DNA of 63,922 nucleotides, the filler included, from Perkinsus chesapeaki ATCC PRA-425 (lineage: Eukaryota; Protista; Perkinsozoa), in the NCBI GenBank assembly GCA_013115145.1. It is 20 parts of 20 records of this genome, joined end to end, with 100 filler letters (N's around TTAATTAATTAA, not from the genome) between each part and the next. Parts side by side here need not be neighbours in the genome. Positions count along the whole stretch, not along the records: positions 45,538 to 50,317 come from JAAPAO010001225.1; positions 50,418 to 51,987 come from JAAPAO010001888.1; positions 52,088 to 54,499 come from JAAPAO010001612.1; positions 54,600 to 56,448 come from JAAPAO010001759.1; positions 56,549 to 57,705 come from JAAPAO010002142.1; positions 57,806 to 59,383 come from JAAPAO010001884.1; positions 59,484 to 61,329 come from JAAPAO010001760.1; 13 more parts are not named here. The stretch is one strand, 5' to 3'. A program made the translations under genes and the position numbers. The notes below the pieces were generated by a model. It was not told where the DNA came from. It was given only the letters and a program-made list of their open reading frames with translations, and did not search any database. This document shows, in pieces, positions 48,501 through 61,429 of the stretch. Within the stretch, counting starts at the first letter, position 1, and the number at the start of each line of letters is the position of its first letter.

Positions 48501-49756
48501 TCATATTGGTATTCACAGAACTATTGGTGCGATCAAGAGGAAGTATTGGTTCCCAGGGTTAGCAAGAGCAGTATGTGATCATATATCTAAGTGCGAAGGA
48601 TGTGTCCGACAGCAACTCCGTCGACAATGGAAACAGAATGGATCACAACGAACGGCTCCTCCAAGTCCATGGCATACAATTGTGGCTGACACAGTGTCGG
48701 CATCAACTCCAAGGGGACATATACTGTTGCTCACACTTTTATGCCAGTTCAGTCATTGGCCTGAAGTCTTCATTCTGCACACTAAGGGCTTCTCTGAGAT
48801 AGCTGAGTGCTTACGTGCTGCAAATTGTCGCTACGGCAACTTCAAGATATTGGTCACAGACAGAGGAACAGAGTTCCAAGGTGCGGTTACAGATTATTTG
48901 CGACATATCGGTGCTGCTCATTCGATTACGCTGCCTTACTCACCTCAAGCAGCTATTGAGCAATTTAATAAGACTCTTTTACAAAAACTTCAAGCAACCT
49001 TCTATACATCTTCGTGGTCGATGTTATCTATGAGATCTATAATTGATGAGATACTATGGTCATTGAGATCTACAGTGTAGATGGTGGATAGTACTCGGTG
49101 TAGAATCTACTACCCACCATACAGAGCCTTTTACGTTGATGTTTGGACGTCTACCCCATGACGTAAGGAGTCTGAGTGATCAGCATTATGCAGAAGAGCT
49201 CGAGAGAGTGGAAGATTAACTAGGTGAGAGAAGAGCACTAAAGATGTCAAAGAGCCCAACGACCGAGAAGTTTCCCCGAGAAAGTATGGTCTACGTGCGC
49301 CTACATGTAGCAGATCGCCAGTATAAGATTGGGAGAAAATGGCAGATAATGACAGTATTACGACAGGATGGCAACAAGATCTATTTAACAGAAGTATCAG
49401 CAGCACTTCACGGCCACCCTCGAGTTGTTGAACGTCATGTACGAGAATGTTTACCAGTTTCCCAAAATATCAGGAGCCTAGGTAGTGGCCCTCCTAAGAG
49501 AAGCGGTGCCGACTTACAGAGACCTTTCAAGAATCAACCAGGTCGTGGTCTAAATTATGGTATACGAGTACAGCGACCACAACCCCCAAAAGACAAAGTA
49601 CCAATGTCATCTCAGACAAGCACCGGAGGCGCAAAACAACCAGCACAAGAAGAGAATGAAGAGATTACCCAGCCAAATGCATCAACAACGAGATTTGGCC
49701 GTAAGATAAGGAGGCCGAACAAGTATTCAACATACGGCTCATTCAATTCCTACTAA
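45538..49756 (+). mobile_element. Degenerate Ty3/Gypsy-like retrotransposon (gag, protease, RT, RNase H, integrase)
   Basis: Two knuckles (CDYCGRLGHVEAEC, CTYCLEKNHTEDQC); protease GLVESGSSISLI; RT VNDVKDAY, LPYGP, and FMDD split by a frameshift at about 47189; integrase HHCC (H..H..CEGC), DTV, TDRGTEF, EQFNKTL. Domain order is RT-RH-INT. Confidence 0.93.
45997..46045 (+). promoter_or_regulatory. Predicted -1 programmed ribosomal frameshift signal (A AAA AAC + stem-loop)
   Basis: The heptamer is in correct gag phase immediately before the gag TAA, and the -1 frame is open into the protease. Stem TGACTGTG/CACAGTCA (46014-46038) with outer GCC/GGC pairing starts 7 nt downstream. Confidence 0.8.
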
Positions 49757-50746
49757 GTTAGTAGTATTAACGCTCTAGAGAGCATCTGTTTCTATATGCA
49801 CTATGTGCCGATTGACTGTAGAGAATTGCACTGTCCCGTCACACAATTGTCGGATGGCTACGTAGCTAAAGCCTTTCCTCCATAATTATTCTCCTGTTCT
49901 TACTATCTCTTTTCCCTTGATTATCGTCTACTCTTATTTGTTGAGTAGATTCAGTGCCTAGGGTAATCCAATTAAGTCTGGAATTATTTTCCTATGTACA
50001 TTTCCTGTAGAACTGTATGTACGGTGGGAAGTGCATGTATACAACTGACGGAAGGATCTGCACGTTCAAGTGAACTGCATCTTGCAGTCTGCAAGCGTGT
50101 CTGAGGTTAAAGCGGTAGCTTTCATCATATTGGCGATGCTTTATGGGAGTCAGACGCTTGCACGTTTATACTCATCCGGTTCATTTATCTCCTTTGTTAG
50201 TGAGCCATTGTAGAGGATACTTAGTATCTGTTATCCGCTCCCATATCGGGATGTTAACGATTGGTACACATAAATTAGGTACACTTAATGTTTAATCTCC
50301 ATAAATCACGTTCATACNNNNNNNNNNNNNNNNNNNNNNNNNNNNNNNNNNNNNNNNNNNNTTAATTAATTAANNNNNNNNNNNNNNNNNNNNNNNNNNN
50401 NNNNNNNNNNNNNNNNNTATTTCAGCCTGCCCGGTTTCTGCTCTATAGCCCAGTGTGAACTAATAGCCATCCGCGATGCTCTGCGGTGTGTACGGTCTAC
50501 CGCCGGTCAGTTCCAAGTCTTTCTTTGAACGCGGTGGTATATATTCACTGGTAGCCAAGCGGCTATCAAGTCCTTGGGCCATCGGCACCCGATTGAGAGG
50601 TGCGCGTTGGCCAGGGACATCACGGTACTATGCCAAGTGTTATTCATTGTGCGCCGCTCGCTCCCTTGTACATGCGTGCACAGCTAAATCCCCCTGCGAG
50701 TGTGAGCTGGATATGAAGAAGCCTTTGCAGACTCCCTTCTCGCCTT

Positions 50747-51987
50747 GTGTTCTTCCGTATGAACGAAGAAAAAGCAACAAATGGTTCCCAGACTTCCTCT
50801 GGTACTTCTGAATCCCCATCAACTTCTACTTCTCCCGTCGAAGAGCTCCTTACCTACTTGAAGCTACCCCACGCAAATGACCTCCAGTTCATTACTGACA
50901 TCGATCTTCTTCACTACGCCGACCTTCACCCCCTTGATTTGTCAACTCCCGTGAAGCATCAACAAGCCCTACAATCATTCAGACTCTCACTTACTACTAC
51001 TATACCCCATCACCCACCAACATCTACTACTACCACTACTACAACCACAACATCTACTAACAACTCCGTCTTTGGTCACGTCTCTTCACAATGCAACCCA
51101 CCCATTCATCCTTTGATCGCTACCAATCCTACAACCCTTGCCGCCCCTGACAACAAGCCCTGGCTTGGACGACAAGACCAACGCCCAATATCAGCCTACA
51201 TTAGAAGAGTTGCAAACATTGCCGAACTTGCCAACTAAGATGCCCATGGTCTTTGGAAATATCTCAACCTCAAAGCCCTCACTGAGGAACACTCTCGTGA
51301 CATGAACGCTCACATTCGACAACTAAACTTGAGCACGGCCACACATGGTGAAAAAGTACTTGCAGCCGAAACCTGCTTACTCTCTACATTCGATAATACC
51401 AACTCACTCGATAATCTACACCAGCGACTCGACTCTATTTCACCAAACTCCACTGCCGTCAATGCTCAATCTATCATCAATGCTGTCAAATTTGACGCCC
51501 TTTGTATGTGCCAACCTATGCACGAGAGCACCCTTAAGCGAGCCTTTCTCAACGCCCTCACCAAGGACATCCAGGCTGCCTTCACTACGGTCTACCCCAA
51601 CTCCCGCAAGATCACCCTGGCAGATACTATTGACTGGGCCATTTCTTACGAACAAACACATCCCACTACATCCCAAGCAGTACTTACTCCTCAACAACCT
51701 CGTACTTCTACAAAATCTACTACCGACCCCATCAAGCCCAAGACATCACAAATATGCTTCAACTACCAAAATGGTCGATGCCTCTTTGGCGATAAATGCT
51801 TTCGGAGACACGAACCAAAAGATCCACCTACTACGTCAACTACCCACAATCCTACTACCACAGCTACTACAAATACACCTTCGACGTCTACAACAACCTC
51901 AAGTACGACTACTGCCAATGGTCTAGCTTCAATCTCTGATCTTCAAAATCTACCCTCTAAACTTATCACATTACAACTCGCACCAGA
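50747..51987 (+). mobile_element. Gag-like ORF with a CCCH zinc finger, one in-frame TAA, 3'-truncated
   Basis: The two listed ORFs are the same frame, split by TAA at 51236-51238. Gag-like helices (KPWLGRQDQRPISAYIRRV; LKRAFLNAL...TLADTIDWA) are followed by CFNYQNGRCLFGDKCFRRH. Confidence 0.6.
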
Positions 51988-53425
51988 NNNNNNNNNNNNN
52001 NNNNNNNNNNNNNNNNNNNNNNNNNNNNNNNTTAATTAATTAANNNNNNNNNNNNNNNNNNNNNNNNNNNNNNNNNNNNNNNNNNNNTGACAGGGTCTGG
52101 TTATCCCCTCTTATTTAGTGACATTTCCATGGAATTATAGTGACAGCGCCTGTTTGTGCCGTAAGTTACAGACTGTAACGCAATATTATTGATTAATACC
52201 CCTGGTATCATTAAGCTAAGCTATGGCTAAGTCCTTATTTATATGCTAGCACTATTATACTCAAATTATTCAAGTCAAATACATTATCCAATATTATGGG
52301 ATATTGAGTTGTTCCCCTGGGGAACTTGAGGTTCCGAACTTCCCCTTGGCCCAAGGGCTTTGGGTATCACATAATCGGGCGAGCGCCAAAGCAGATGCGC
52401 TGACGATTTGCCGGAACACTGCACGAACACGGTTAGTGACTGGCTGCCAGTCCACCGAGACATAGGGCGACTAAGATTGTGTTCGTAGTTTATTCAAGTA
52501 GTCATTGCGGCCGTGCATCCAATTGCGCACGAAGACCTGGACGATCATGTTGCCGAGGTCCTTCGAGAAGGATGCCAGTCTGACGTAAGTCCGAGAAAGT
52601 TCTCAATACTTTATGAACACCACATATGACACTCGAAAAAGTTCCAAGAAAAGTTATGGCATGCTAAAGCAAAGTTATTTGCCATGGTAGCTCTACGTCT
52701 GGAAATCAAGAACAACGCCTCTCTAGCATTTTAGAAATGTCGCGCAAAATAGGGAAAACCTTCAACATTCTTGGGTGCGATAGAACGGCGAGAATTCTAT
52801 CTCGTTGCTGCCCTTGAGAAAGAGGCGCCTATCTTTGCTTTCTGCTGTCAAGGCACCTGACGCAGATGTCACCGAGCGAAAGATGTCTCTGTGTGGAAAG
52901 GGGATGATTTATCTGGCCGTGCTCGGCCCCAGTTTGGTGGTCTGTCTCTTCTTCTCTGATATAGGTAAGAATCATTCCAGCTCATCGTTTCTGTCTTTTA
53001 TCAACTTGATGAATATTCTAAAGTAGCCTGAAAATGGATTTGCAAAAAGCGCTAAGTTTCAGTTCAAGGTTAATGCCACTGGCCGATTACTTTCATGTTT
53101 TTATTTTTTTCTGTCAACCTTGCTTATTGTAGGGGATTCGATTTTCGAGAGAAGCAGCTTCGTTGGTCTCCTCTTGCTCACAAACTTCCTAAAATTGAAG
53201 TGCTCGACCGTAGTAGAGCGTAAAATTTTGCACTAGTTCTTTTACCTTGAATTTCTTACCGGAAGTAATGTTTTATCATTTCTATACCAAGTGCCGAGAT
53301 ATGTACCAGTCTCCTCGGACTAAGCTTGGAAATTTCATCACCGAATCTTCATAGAGATCAGACTCTTCACAGCGAGAATTCCTCGAGATTTTTATTCACC
53401 AAAAAACGTGCATTTGTTCAAACAG

Positions 53426-54362
53426 GTTTCGGTGTGGATGTCTACAATGCTCTATACGACTACGCAGACGAGGGTGACCTGTTCGCTGCCTGCGGGGCCG
53501 CCTTGTGCCTCCTTCTCTTCATCTGTGACGTGCAATTCTGGAACAGATGGCTCCAACTGATAGGTTTGGCGGCAGGTAGAATTGATAATGTCTCCACCGA
53601 TCATCACGTTCCTGTTAGGTTGGGCGTTGTTTGTTGTTGTTGGTGTTCTCAAGGGAACTGCCTATCCTCAGGGACCGCTAATAGTGGGGCTAGTTCATAT
53701 TCCAGTGATACTAGGCTTGTTGAGGTGAGTTTTGATGAATTATTGCATATTTCAATTTATAGTATTGAATGGTACTTAAGACATTTTTGTGGTATAATAA
53801 CATCACACAAGATTAGTAATATATAGCTGTATTGATATACTAGCAATAAAACATCGCCGTGTCACATTATCACAATCTTTATATTAATATAAAAGGACTC
53901 CTACCATTATTTTATTGCTTATCAATATATGGAGACAAAGTACTAAGAGTAGTGAATTTACACTGTTTACTAATATCAGTTTTTTCATTATTCATAATTT
54001 TTTATAGACTGAGCAGCTTGACTGATGAAATGTTTTTGCCAATTTACGAATATCCTAGCTTCACCCCTGCATTTTGTTCCTCAGATACTCCTCTATCTGT
54101 TCCGAGCCATCCTCAAAGATATTTTACAGCTCAATCTGGAGCCTCTCCTTCACAGCAGGCCTTCAAATACTCATTGCTTGGGTCTGTTGGATAGCTATTC
54201 ACGACTGGGACGGGCAACATTTCTGGGACGAAGAAGAGCGCGAGAGGATCAGTCTGGAGTTGGACCATCTTCACGCCAAGTTGGGCGTCGATTACCGGCA
54301 GCATTGTTTGCTGGCTATCACGGGCGGGGGAGCGTTGGCCGCGGATCCGGTGGAAAATGAGA
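53426..54362 (+). CDS. Hypothetical multi-exon membrane protein
   Basis: Hydrophobic exons (AACGAALCLLLFICDV; GPLIVGLVHIPVILGLLR|YSS...LQILIAWVCWIAI); exons 2 and 3 join in phase. Confidence 0.5.
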
Positions 54363-54392
54363 GGCTTTACTCTGGTACTGAGAAAGGGCAGT

Positions 54393-54499
54393 GGGGAAAG
54401 ATTCGGAATAGGTTGATTCGAGTGCGAGGTTAAGATTCGTAATAGGTTGATTTAAATACAAGGTTAAGATTCGTAATAGGTTGATTTAAATACAAGGTT
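54393..54499. repeat. 34-nt tandem repeat running into the gap
   Basis: aggttaagattcgtaataggttgatttaaataca x2, plus a diverged first copy. Confidence 0.9.
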
Positions 54500-55032
54500 N
54501 NNNNNNNNNNNNNNNNNNNNNNNNNNNNNNNNNNNNNNNNNNNTTAATTAATTAANNNNNNNNNNNNNNNNNNNNNNNNNNNNNNNNNNNNNNNNNNNNT
54601 GGTGGTCTTCCCTATTTTCGCTGGTTTGAAAGCAATACTTTCGTAGACGGCACTGCTCATGGTTTACTAGTCCGCCTAGCCAGGCCATCAATGTTTTTGA
54701 ATTTACAACACGATACTTAATGAAATTGAAAGGACTTTCCTATGTAAAAAGACTTGAATAACCCGCAGCACTGTGCTACTAGCACACAGTACCACGGAAC
54801 CTCGCCACCCATAGTTGAACTCGTTGTTTGTACTGTGGGATTCCCTCATCGGGAGGGCGAAAAATACTTTGTTTTCAGAAAATAGACAGATGACAGAAAA
54901 CACTAAGAGGTCGAGCGTGAATAATAACCCAAGCGTTGTTTCAGCGATATATAAGGTCGCTAGTAGTAGGGCTTGCGTACGATGGACAATAATTGTCCGA
55001 CAATTTCAACACGCTCTGATCGCGCCTATTAC

Positions 55033-55749
55033 TCATACCTTGCGCAATAAGAAAACCCCGCCGTTGAGGACGGTCATAATTGTGGACGGAGTTGTGAAAC
55101 CAAGCATCTGTAAATCGAACGAGTACACAGAGAATGAAGGGCAGTCGCTCTTGATGGCCGTTTGCAGCTCTTTTAGGTCTCTTTGGGGGCCCAGACGGTA
55201 AGCTCTAAAGTCTGATTTAGTGAGGGTAAGTGACATAGACGAGGGCTCCTTGTTGGAACATCTAAATTGCACGTTGAGGCGGTCGTCAGCTTGAACCGTG
55301 AAGCTCATTTCGAGAGAGGGCAACGGCTGGGAGCCATTTCGGTGCACGAATGTGCCCTCTTCTAGTGGGAATAGTTCCCCCAGCAATCTCAACCTTCTAC
55401 CTTCAAACGTAACGTATAGAATACTGTTGGACGCGAAAGTCAGGGTGGTCAAGTCACCATCTTGTAAGGCAACACCACTGTAGATTGACTCTATCCCCTT
55501 GCGCCATGATTCCGCAACCTCGGGGGTAACGGTATACGTATCCTCACTTTGGTGGGTGAGTGTACGTTGCTTACCCATAAAATGGGCGGTAGGGGTATCG
55601 AAGATCATCACAACCTTCTCATCCTCATACACGTCAAAGACCAGGCGGAATTTTCCCGCTTTCTTCACAAAGAGGTATCTTCCTGGTACGAGCGGTACAG
55701 CGGTGCTCATATTAGCAGCTACCACTGATAGAAGGGATAAGAATCTCAT
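55033..55749 (-). CDS. Intronless secreted protein with two internally duplicated ~110-aa beta-rich domains
   Basis: Signal peptide MRFLSLLSVVAA..TA; halves start PGRY / EGTF and end GDLTTLTFASNSILYVTFEG / FDLQMLGFTTPSTIMTVLNG. Confidence 0.85.
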   Translation of the reverse strand: MRFLSLLSVVAANMSTAVPLVPGRYLFVKKAGKFRLVFDVYEDEKVVMIFDTPTAHFMGKQRTLTHQSEDTYTVTPEVAESWRKGIESIYSGVALQDGDLTTLTFASNSILYVTFEGRRLRLLGELFPLEEGTFVHRNGSQPLPSLEMSFTVQADDRLNVQFRCSNKEPSSMSLTLTKSDFRAYRLGPQRDLKELQTAIKSDCPSFSVYSFDLQMLGFTTPSTIMTVLNGGVFLLRKV

Positions 55750-57805
55750 TTGTAAGGGGATTGGAACAATTTGCTGTTCGACGATGTCTGTTGAAGCTGT
55801 CTGGTACGCATGTGCTAATTCACATGCAATTGCAAGGCGCCTGGAGCCTTTGGGACACTTGCAGACACAAAGTCTTCCTCAGTGTTTTCGCCTGGGCACT
55901 AAGTTCTTGCAAATGAAGTAAGAGCCGACTCTATTGGAAGTTTTGTTAACAAGTAGTCCGGTTCAACGCAAATGGACTCTCGAATATGCGGAGGGACCGT
56001 GCAAACAGCGATCTATAGCAAGTTCCATGATAGCGCGAGTGACGGAGGACTTTGTCTATTAACTAACTCACGCCAGTGTGTGTATGACTAGCATCAAGCA
56101 AGCTTGATTGATGCGAGTATTACTATGTAGGAAGGCAGCAAATATATTTCTGCCGAGATCTATTGTCCTTTTACCCTAGATGGGCACAACAAAGGATCCC
56201 AGCCTCACAGTAAGACGGGACACGATGTCCCAGATAGGAAACGGTGACAAGGAGCAGCCGTGGGACACGTTACTGCTATTACCAGGCTTATTTCCTTTTT
56301 AATCTTCCAATCGCGGAGATTCCAATAGTTTTAGCTAGTTTAATGACGCTTCCCACACTTGCCATGCTAATGTAGGTGTTATCCAGCAGATAACGTCCGT
56401 TTGTAGACAGTAGTGCTGACAATAGTAATCGCCATGACACCGTGAACTNNNNNNNNNNNNNNNNNNNNNNNNNNNNNNNNNNNNNNNNNNNNTTAATTAA
56501 TTAANNNNNNNNNNNNNNNNNNNNNNNNNNNNNNNNNNNNNNNNNNNNGTCGCATTAATAATATTCCATAGCCCCAGACAAGGAAAATGGGAGGAATACA
56601 GGATCCTTGTACCACACATCTTGCCCCCTCACTGTCTGAGATAGGGGCATGCGTACAGTAGCATTCGCGTGTTCTATATAATAATTGAAACTATTTGCTG
56701 CTGCTGTCGGCGATTCGCCAATACTTGAAGAAATAAGTTATTTCCCTGTTATTCCAAATAACAGTTAACAGTTACTTAACTACTCTCAGTTCTATCCCTC
56801 ATGAAAATATTTATTCTCATCGGCATCACAGTTTATAACATCTTGGCACAATGTAATGTTGATATCAGTGAGCATTGGTATCTTAATGGTCGCTAATATC
56901 AGCCCCCTATCCGAGGCCTACCGGAGAGTGCGACTTCTTCGATTACCAGCTCGAAAATTGTCATTGCCCAGAAGGGAATGTGCCAATTGCTACGGATGTG
57001 AGATGAACTATTGTTTGTCGCTTGCTTGGTTCAGTTCCAGGCCTGGCTTCCCCGGGTTCGCATAAACAGTTGAGGCGAACTGTGGGGAGTCAGGCCTAGG
57101 GTCACAGTTCAGCCCAAACTGTGAGCCAAGAAGCTTACTGCACCAAATGCGTCCAAATATCATACCATAAACCACCGTTCTATTTGGGCTCTACTGGAAC
57201 TTTCGCTATTAAGTAGTTTAGTTTGTGTTCGAAAATCTAGTATTTCCCGTTGGTGTAGAATTCCCTCATTCCCACTGAGTGGGACCCATTCCATAGAGGC
57301 GGTTGGAATTGAACCTTTGGATCGATTTTTTACTTTCTCTCAGAATGGTTATCGTATATGTGCACCACTTTGCAATACTGCGAATACATGCCCCCCAAGC
57401 CCAGGAGGAACGGCTATCAAGCCCTTCTGCAAGAATGAGCTCTGCTTTCTCTCCTGTGCGTCAGTAAGTTGATACTCGACTTGTGATGCTCATTCGTTAC
57501 ATTTTTCGAGCATCTGTCTCATATTTAGTCTCCTCATCATCTTCGGAAAAAGATAAAACAAAACTTAACTAACTAATAAACGCTAGTTAAGTACCAACTT
57601 ACTATTTTCCTTAACTTAACTAACGAAAACCGTGCTTAACTTCTAACTCGTCTTCGTAACTTAAAAAGTTAATGTTGAATGTTGAATGTGCTTCAGATCT
57701 TCGAANNNNNNNNNNNNNNNNNNNNNNNNNNNNNNNNNNNNNNNNNNNNTTAATTAATTAANNNNNNNNNNNNNNNNNNNNNNNNNNNNNNNNNNNNNNN
57801 NNNNN

Positions 57806-58157
57806 CTGCCAAGGAGGTTGCCCGTCAGGCACTTGACGAGGTTGAAGACGAGCCCGAGAATGATAGGGTCTACTCCCAGTGGCCACATTTCTGCTGACCT
57901 CGCCGATAACCTCAAGCAGTGTAGAGCGTGCTTTTAGTTATACAAGCCGTATTGACAACGGCTTGCGCGCCGCGCTGTCCCCAAGGACAGTCTGCTCACT
58001 GGCACGTATTTCTATTCAGGCTCCCCCTTTTCCTACGATATCACAGTTGACTTGGCCGCCAGTGGTCAGGGAGAGCTTGCAAACGGCGGAAGAACGGGCC
58101 CTAGAGAAGTTTATCGACGAGGCTTTCCTCAAATGGTACAATAGTTCCCGACGATAA
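57806..58157 (+). mobile_element. hAT transposase C-terminal dimerisation domain, 5'-truncated
   Basis: LLTSPITSSSVERAFSYTSRIDNGLRAALSPRTVCSLARI...FIDEAFLKW matches the P.tsa.vERsFS...R..l motif. Confidence 0.85.
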
Positions 58158-58569
58158 TTCATTGTAAGCAGAGTGACTGATCTAGAGCCTCTGATAGAGC
58201 CTGATCAGTAGACTATCATCGTTTGTTGCCCATTGAATTATTCATTTGATATCAGGTGTGATTGATACTCAGTATCAGTATCAGATACTGTGTTAGTATC
58301 CGGCATCATGTCGGCGACATGCGTAGATACTTTTTATTTTTCCAGGTAACCTTGCCTTACCCGTTCCATCAACGGGCAAACTTAGTAAATATATCTTACT
58401 AGAACACCCTTTTAATCGATACTTAAAATGCTTGAGTTAGCCTTAATAATGTGGCTTACGGAGCTGCCAACAAGAACGGACCCTTTTTTAGGGAAACTTT
58501 GTCCGATGAAATTTGTTCAGGGTCTGAAGTTCAGGCGCGTGAAGACAAAAGCGGGAAGGCGTTAGGCGT

Positions 58570-59100
58570 ATGGGTCAAATTTCCTGGCTGAAAGCCTGCC
58601 TCAAGCATAAGGCCAAGCATCTCAGGACTATTACAGAACTGCGAGCCTATTGCACGCCCCTATACGACCCTATCGGCATATGCTTGGAGAAAACTATGCA
58701 GCTAAGAAAAATCGTGAGGGACGCAAGGACTTCGCAAGGCCACTGCTCGGACAAGCTCTCGGACGAGTGTTTATCGGTTTTGCAGGCCTGGGAAGAGGAT
58801 CTGAGATCTATACCCTCCAGTGTCCCACGTATCTCTCAACCCAGGCACTTAACTCACCCGGGTGTACTCTGCCTTTTCACCGACCGTAGCGCTCTGGCCG
58901 GTGCTGGTATTCTTACTACATCATACGGGGCCCGTCTTATGGCGAGGGTATTCCTGCAGAAAGCCACTGCCAAGAACGGCTCCGCCCCTCGGTTCATCGC
59001 CGTCCTACTAAGCTTGGCTTTTCTCTACAAGGTCCTTACTGTGTCACTAACCGAAGAGGCAACATGCTTGAACTACTTGACACTGGTAGCCGGTCTCCCG
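58570..59100 (+). mobile_element. BEL/Pao retrotransposon RT-connection/RNase H fragment (degenerate)
   Basis: LYDPIG...LQAWEEDL...VPR...LCLFTDRS matches the Pao lyDPlG...W...l....ipR...FtDAS pattern. Confidence 0.8.
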
Positions 59101-59483
59101 AAGTTATCTCTCAGCCCGTCGACAAGGTTGTGCGAACCATTTCCAGCGACGAAGTTCCCCGGTTTGTTGCCCGTGACGCGGAGACCTCCGTTGGTGCCCC
59201 TACATTTTCTCTATCATCCTCTCGTCGCTATCGGTGTCATGGTCAGCTGGCATCTATTGTTGCAGTATTCTTACTCATACGTAGAACACAAGGTCAGAAG
59301 GACACAAAAGGTGTAACCCTTCGCTCCGCCCTTGTGTATGCGTGCACGGTATTCTGAGCATTAGCTATTTTTCATATTCCGTCNNNNNNNNNNNNNNNNN
59401 NNNNNNNNNNNNNNNNNNNNNNNNNNNTTAATTAATTAANNNNNNNNNNNNNNNNNNNNNNNNNNNNNNNNNNNNNNNNNNNN

Positions 59484-61329
59484 TAGTTTATATTCTTATA
59501 TTATTAGTTAATATATATAAAGTACTTATTATTACTATTTATTGATATATATCCATATTATAGGGAATAACACCATTAGAGGGGCTATATTATATTATAA
59601 TAAATGGCTATATATTACTATTATAAATTAATACAATATATATATTTATATCGATATAACGTATATTATATATAAAGAGATAAAGATAGGAATAATTTAT
59701 ATCTTATCTATACCTATGATATCATTATATTAAATATTACTAATAATATAGATATTCAGATAGCATAAGTTATTATAATCTACTAGATATTTATATTAAT
59801 ATACAGGTCATATATAGATCTCATTATAATATAATATGTATAAAGTATAGATAATTTTAATATATTAAATAATAATATATGTAATGTTAATATTTAATGA
59901 TATATAATCTATTCTTAATATTATTAATACTAATAATGGCTAAAGGTAAATATATTATAATAGATGTTTTGGACAATAAAATATAATTATATATATATCA
60001 ATAAATTATAACTAATAAACATATAATATTTATATATATATTTGATATGATTAATTATAAGTAATATATGATAATCTCATAAGTATACTTTATATATAAT
60101 TTATTATTAAATATAGTATTAATATTTATATCAATATAGCTAGTATTATAATATTATATATATCTATATTATCTATTAACTTATACTAAAATATGTATAT
60201 TATAAATATTTATTAATTAATATATAACTATAAGATATAATATGCTATAGATCTATAATATTTATTGTATACTTTAATATATTCTAATATATAACTATTG
60301 TATATTATATAGTAATAATTAATAGAAATAAGGTAATCTAATTATATAGTTTATCAATAATATTATATAGACTAGAGATATATGTATTTATAATAATATT
60401 AATTATATTATAAGATAATGAATAGTTTATATACCAATATTAAGATATATTACTAAATCTATAGTTATTAATATTACTTATACTATAAATAGTTTATTAA
60501 ATATAGCTAGTTAATAGTTTATAAAGGTATTAATCTATTACTTTATAGTACTTATTTTATATCTTAATAGAATATATATAGAGATAAATATTAATAGTAT
60601 AATATTATAAGTATAAATAATGTCTAGGGATTATATTAATTATACTATATCTATATATGATAATAATGTATATTTATTAATATTTTAATATTATATCTAT
60701 AAATTAGTTATTAATATATCTAGATATCATATATGTAATTATACTCATTAGAATAAACTATATATTACTAGTTATAGATATCAATATGAATAGATTTAAT
60801 AATTATATATTTTATACTATTAGAAATACATTATATTATATATCTTTATATCAATTATTCATATATATTAGAGGTAGATATGTAATTATAATTAATAAAC
60901 TATACTTAATCTATTATATTATTATAGGCTATACCCTTATTATTGATTATATTTACATTATTACATATTAGTAGTTATATCTATACAATATAATATATAT
61001 AGATTAGTATAAATATATCAATAGAATATAAATTAATATATAATAGATAGATTAGAGATATATATATAATCCTTTATTTATAATTTATATATTAACTTAA
61101 TATTAATAAATCTATACCTTAGAATATAATATATTATTGATAGCCACCTTAGATATTACTGTTATTTAGTATATTATATTATTATAATTGGTGGCTATAT
61201 ACCTTATATATATATATCTAGTAATATTATACTTTATATGGTATTAAATATAGATATAAGGTGGCTATCTTTTATACCTTTATTTATATATCTAATTAGA
61301 CTATTATACTATAATCATTAGTAATATAT
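59484..61329. other. Extremely AT-rich contig, probably non-coding mitochondrial DNA
   Basis: Roughly 85-90% AT by eye throughout, unlike all nuclear contigs here and without their trinucleotide microsatellites. I found no cox1, cox3 or cob motifs. Confidence 0.65.
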
Positions 61330-61429
61330 NNNNNNNNNNNNNNNNNNNNNNNNNNNNNNNNNNNNNNNNNNNNTTAATTAATTAANNNNNNNNNNNNNNN
61401 NNNNNNNNNNNNNNNNNNNNNNNNNNNNN

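Noticed and set aside
51236-51238. Stop-codon readthrough or code reassignment in the CCCH gag
   Set aside because: A single TAA in mid-capsid of a probably decayed element is best explained as a nonsense mutation; other genes here use TAA as a stop.
56900-57550. Degenerate hAT transposase N-terminus on the minus strand (MYSQYCKVV)
   Set aside because: Only one weak Cys motif amid many stops; I cannot support it without a search.
59530-59630. cox1/cob/cox3 exon with AGG or CCCCT frameshift sites
   Set aside because: Manual translation of both strands, allowing shifts, gave no conserved motif (HPEVY, PEWY, HF.D).
60786-60971. 61-aa Ile/Tyr-rich ORF
   Set aside because: Expected by chance in ~90% AT sequence; no recognisable motif.
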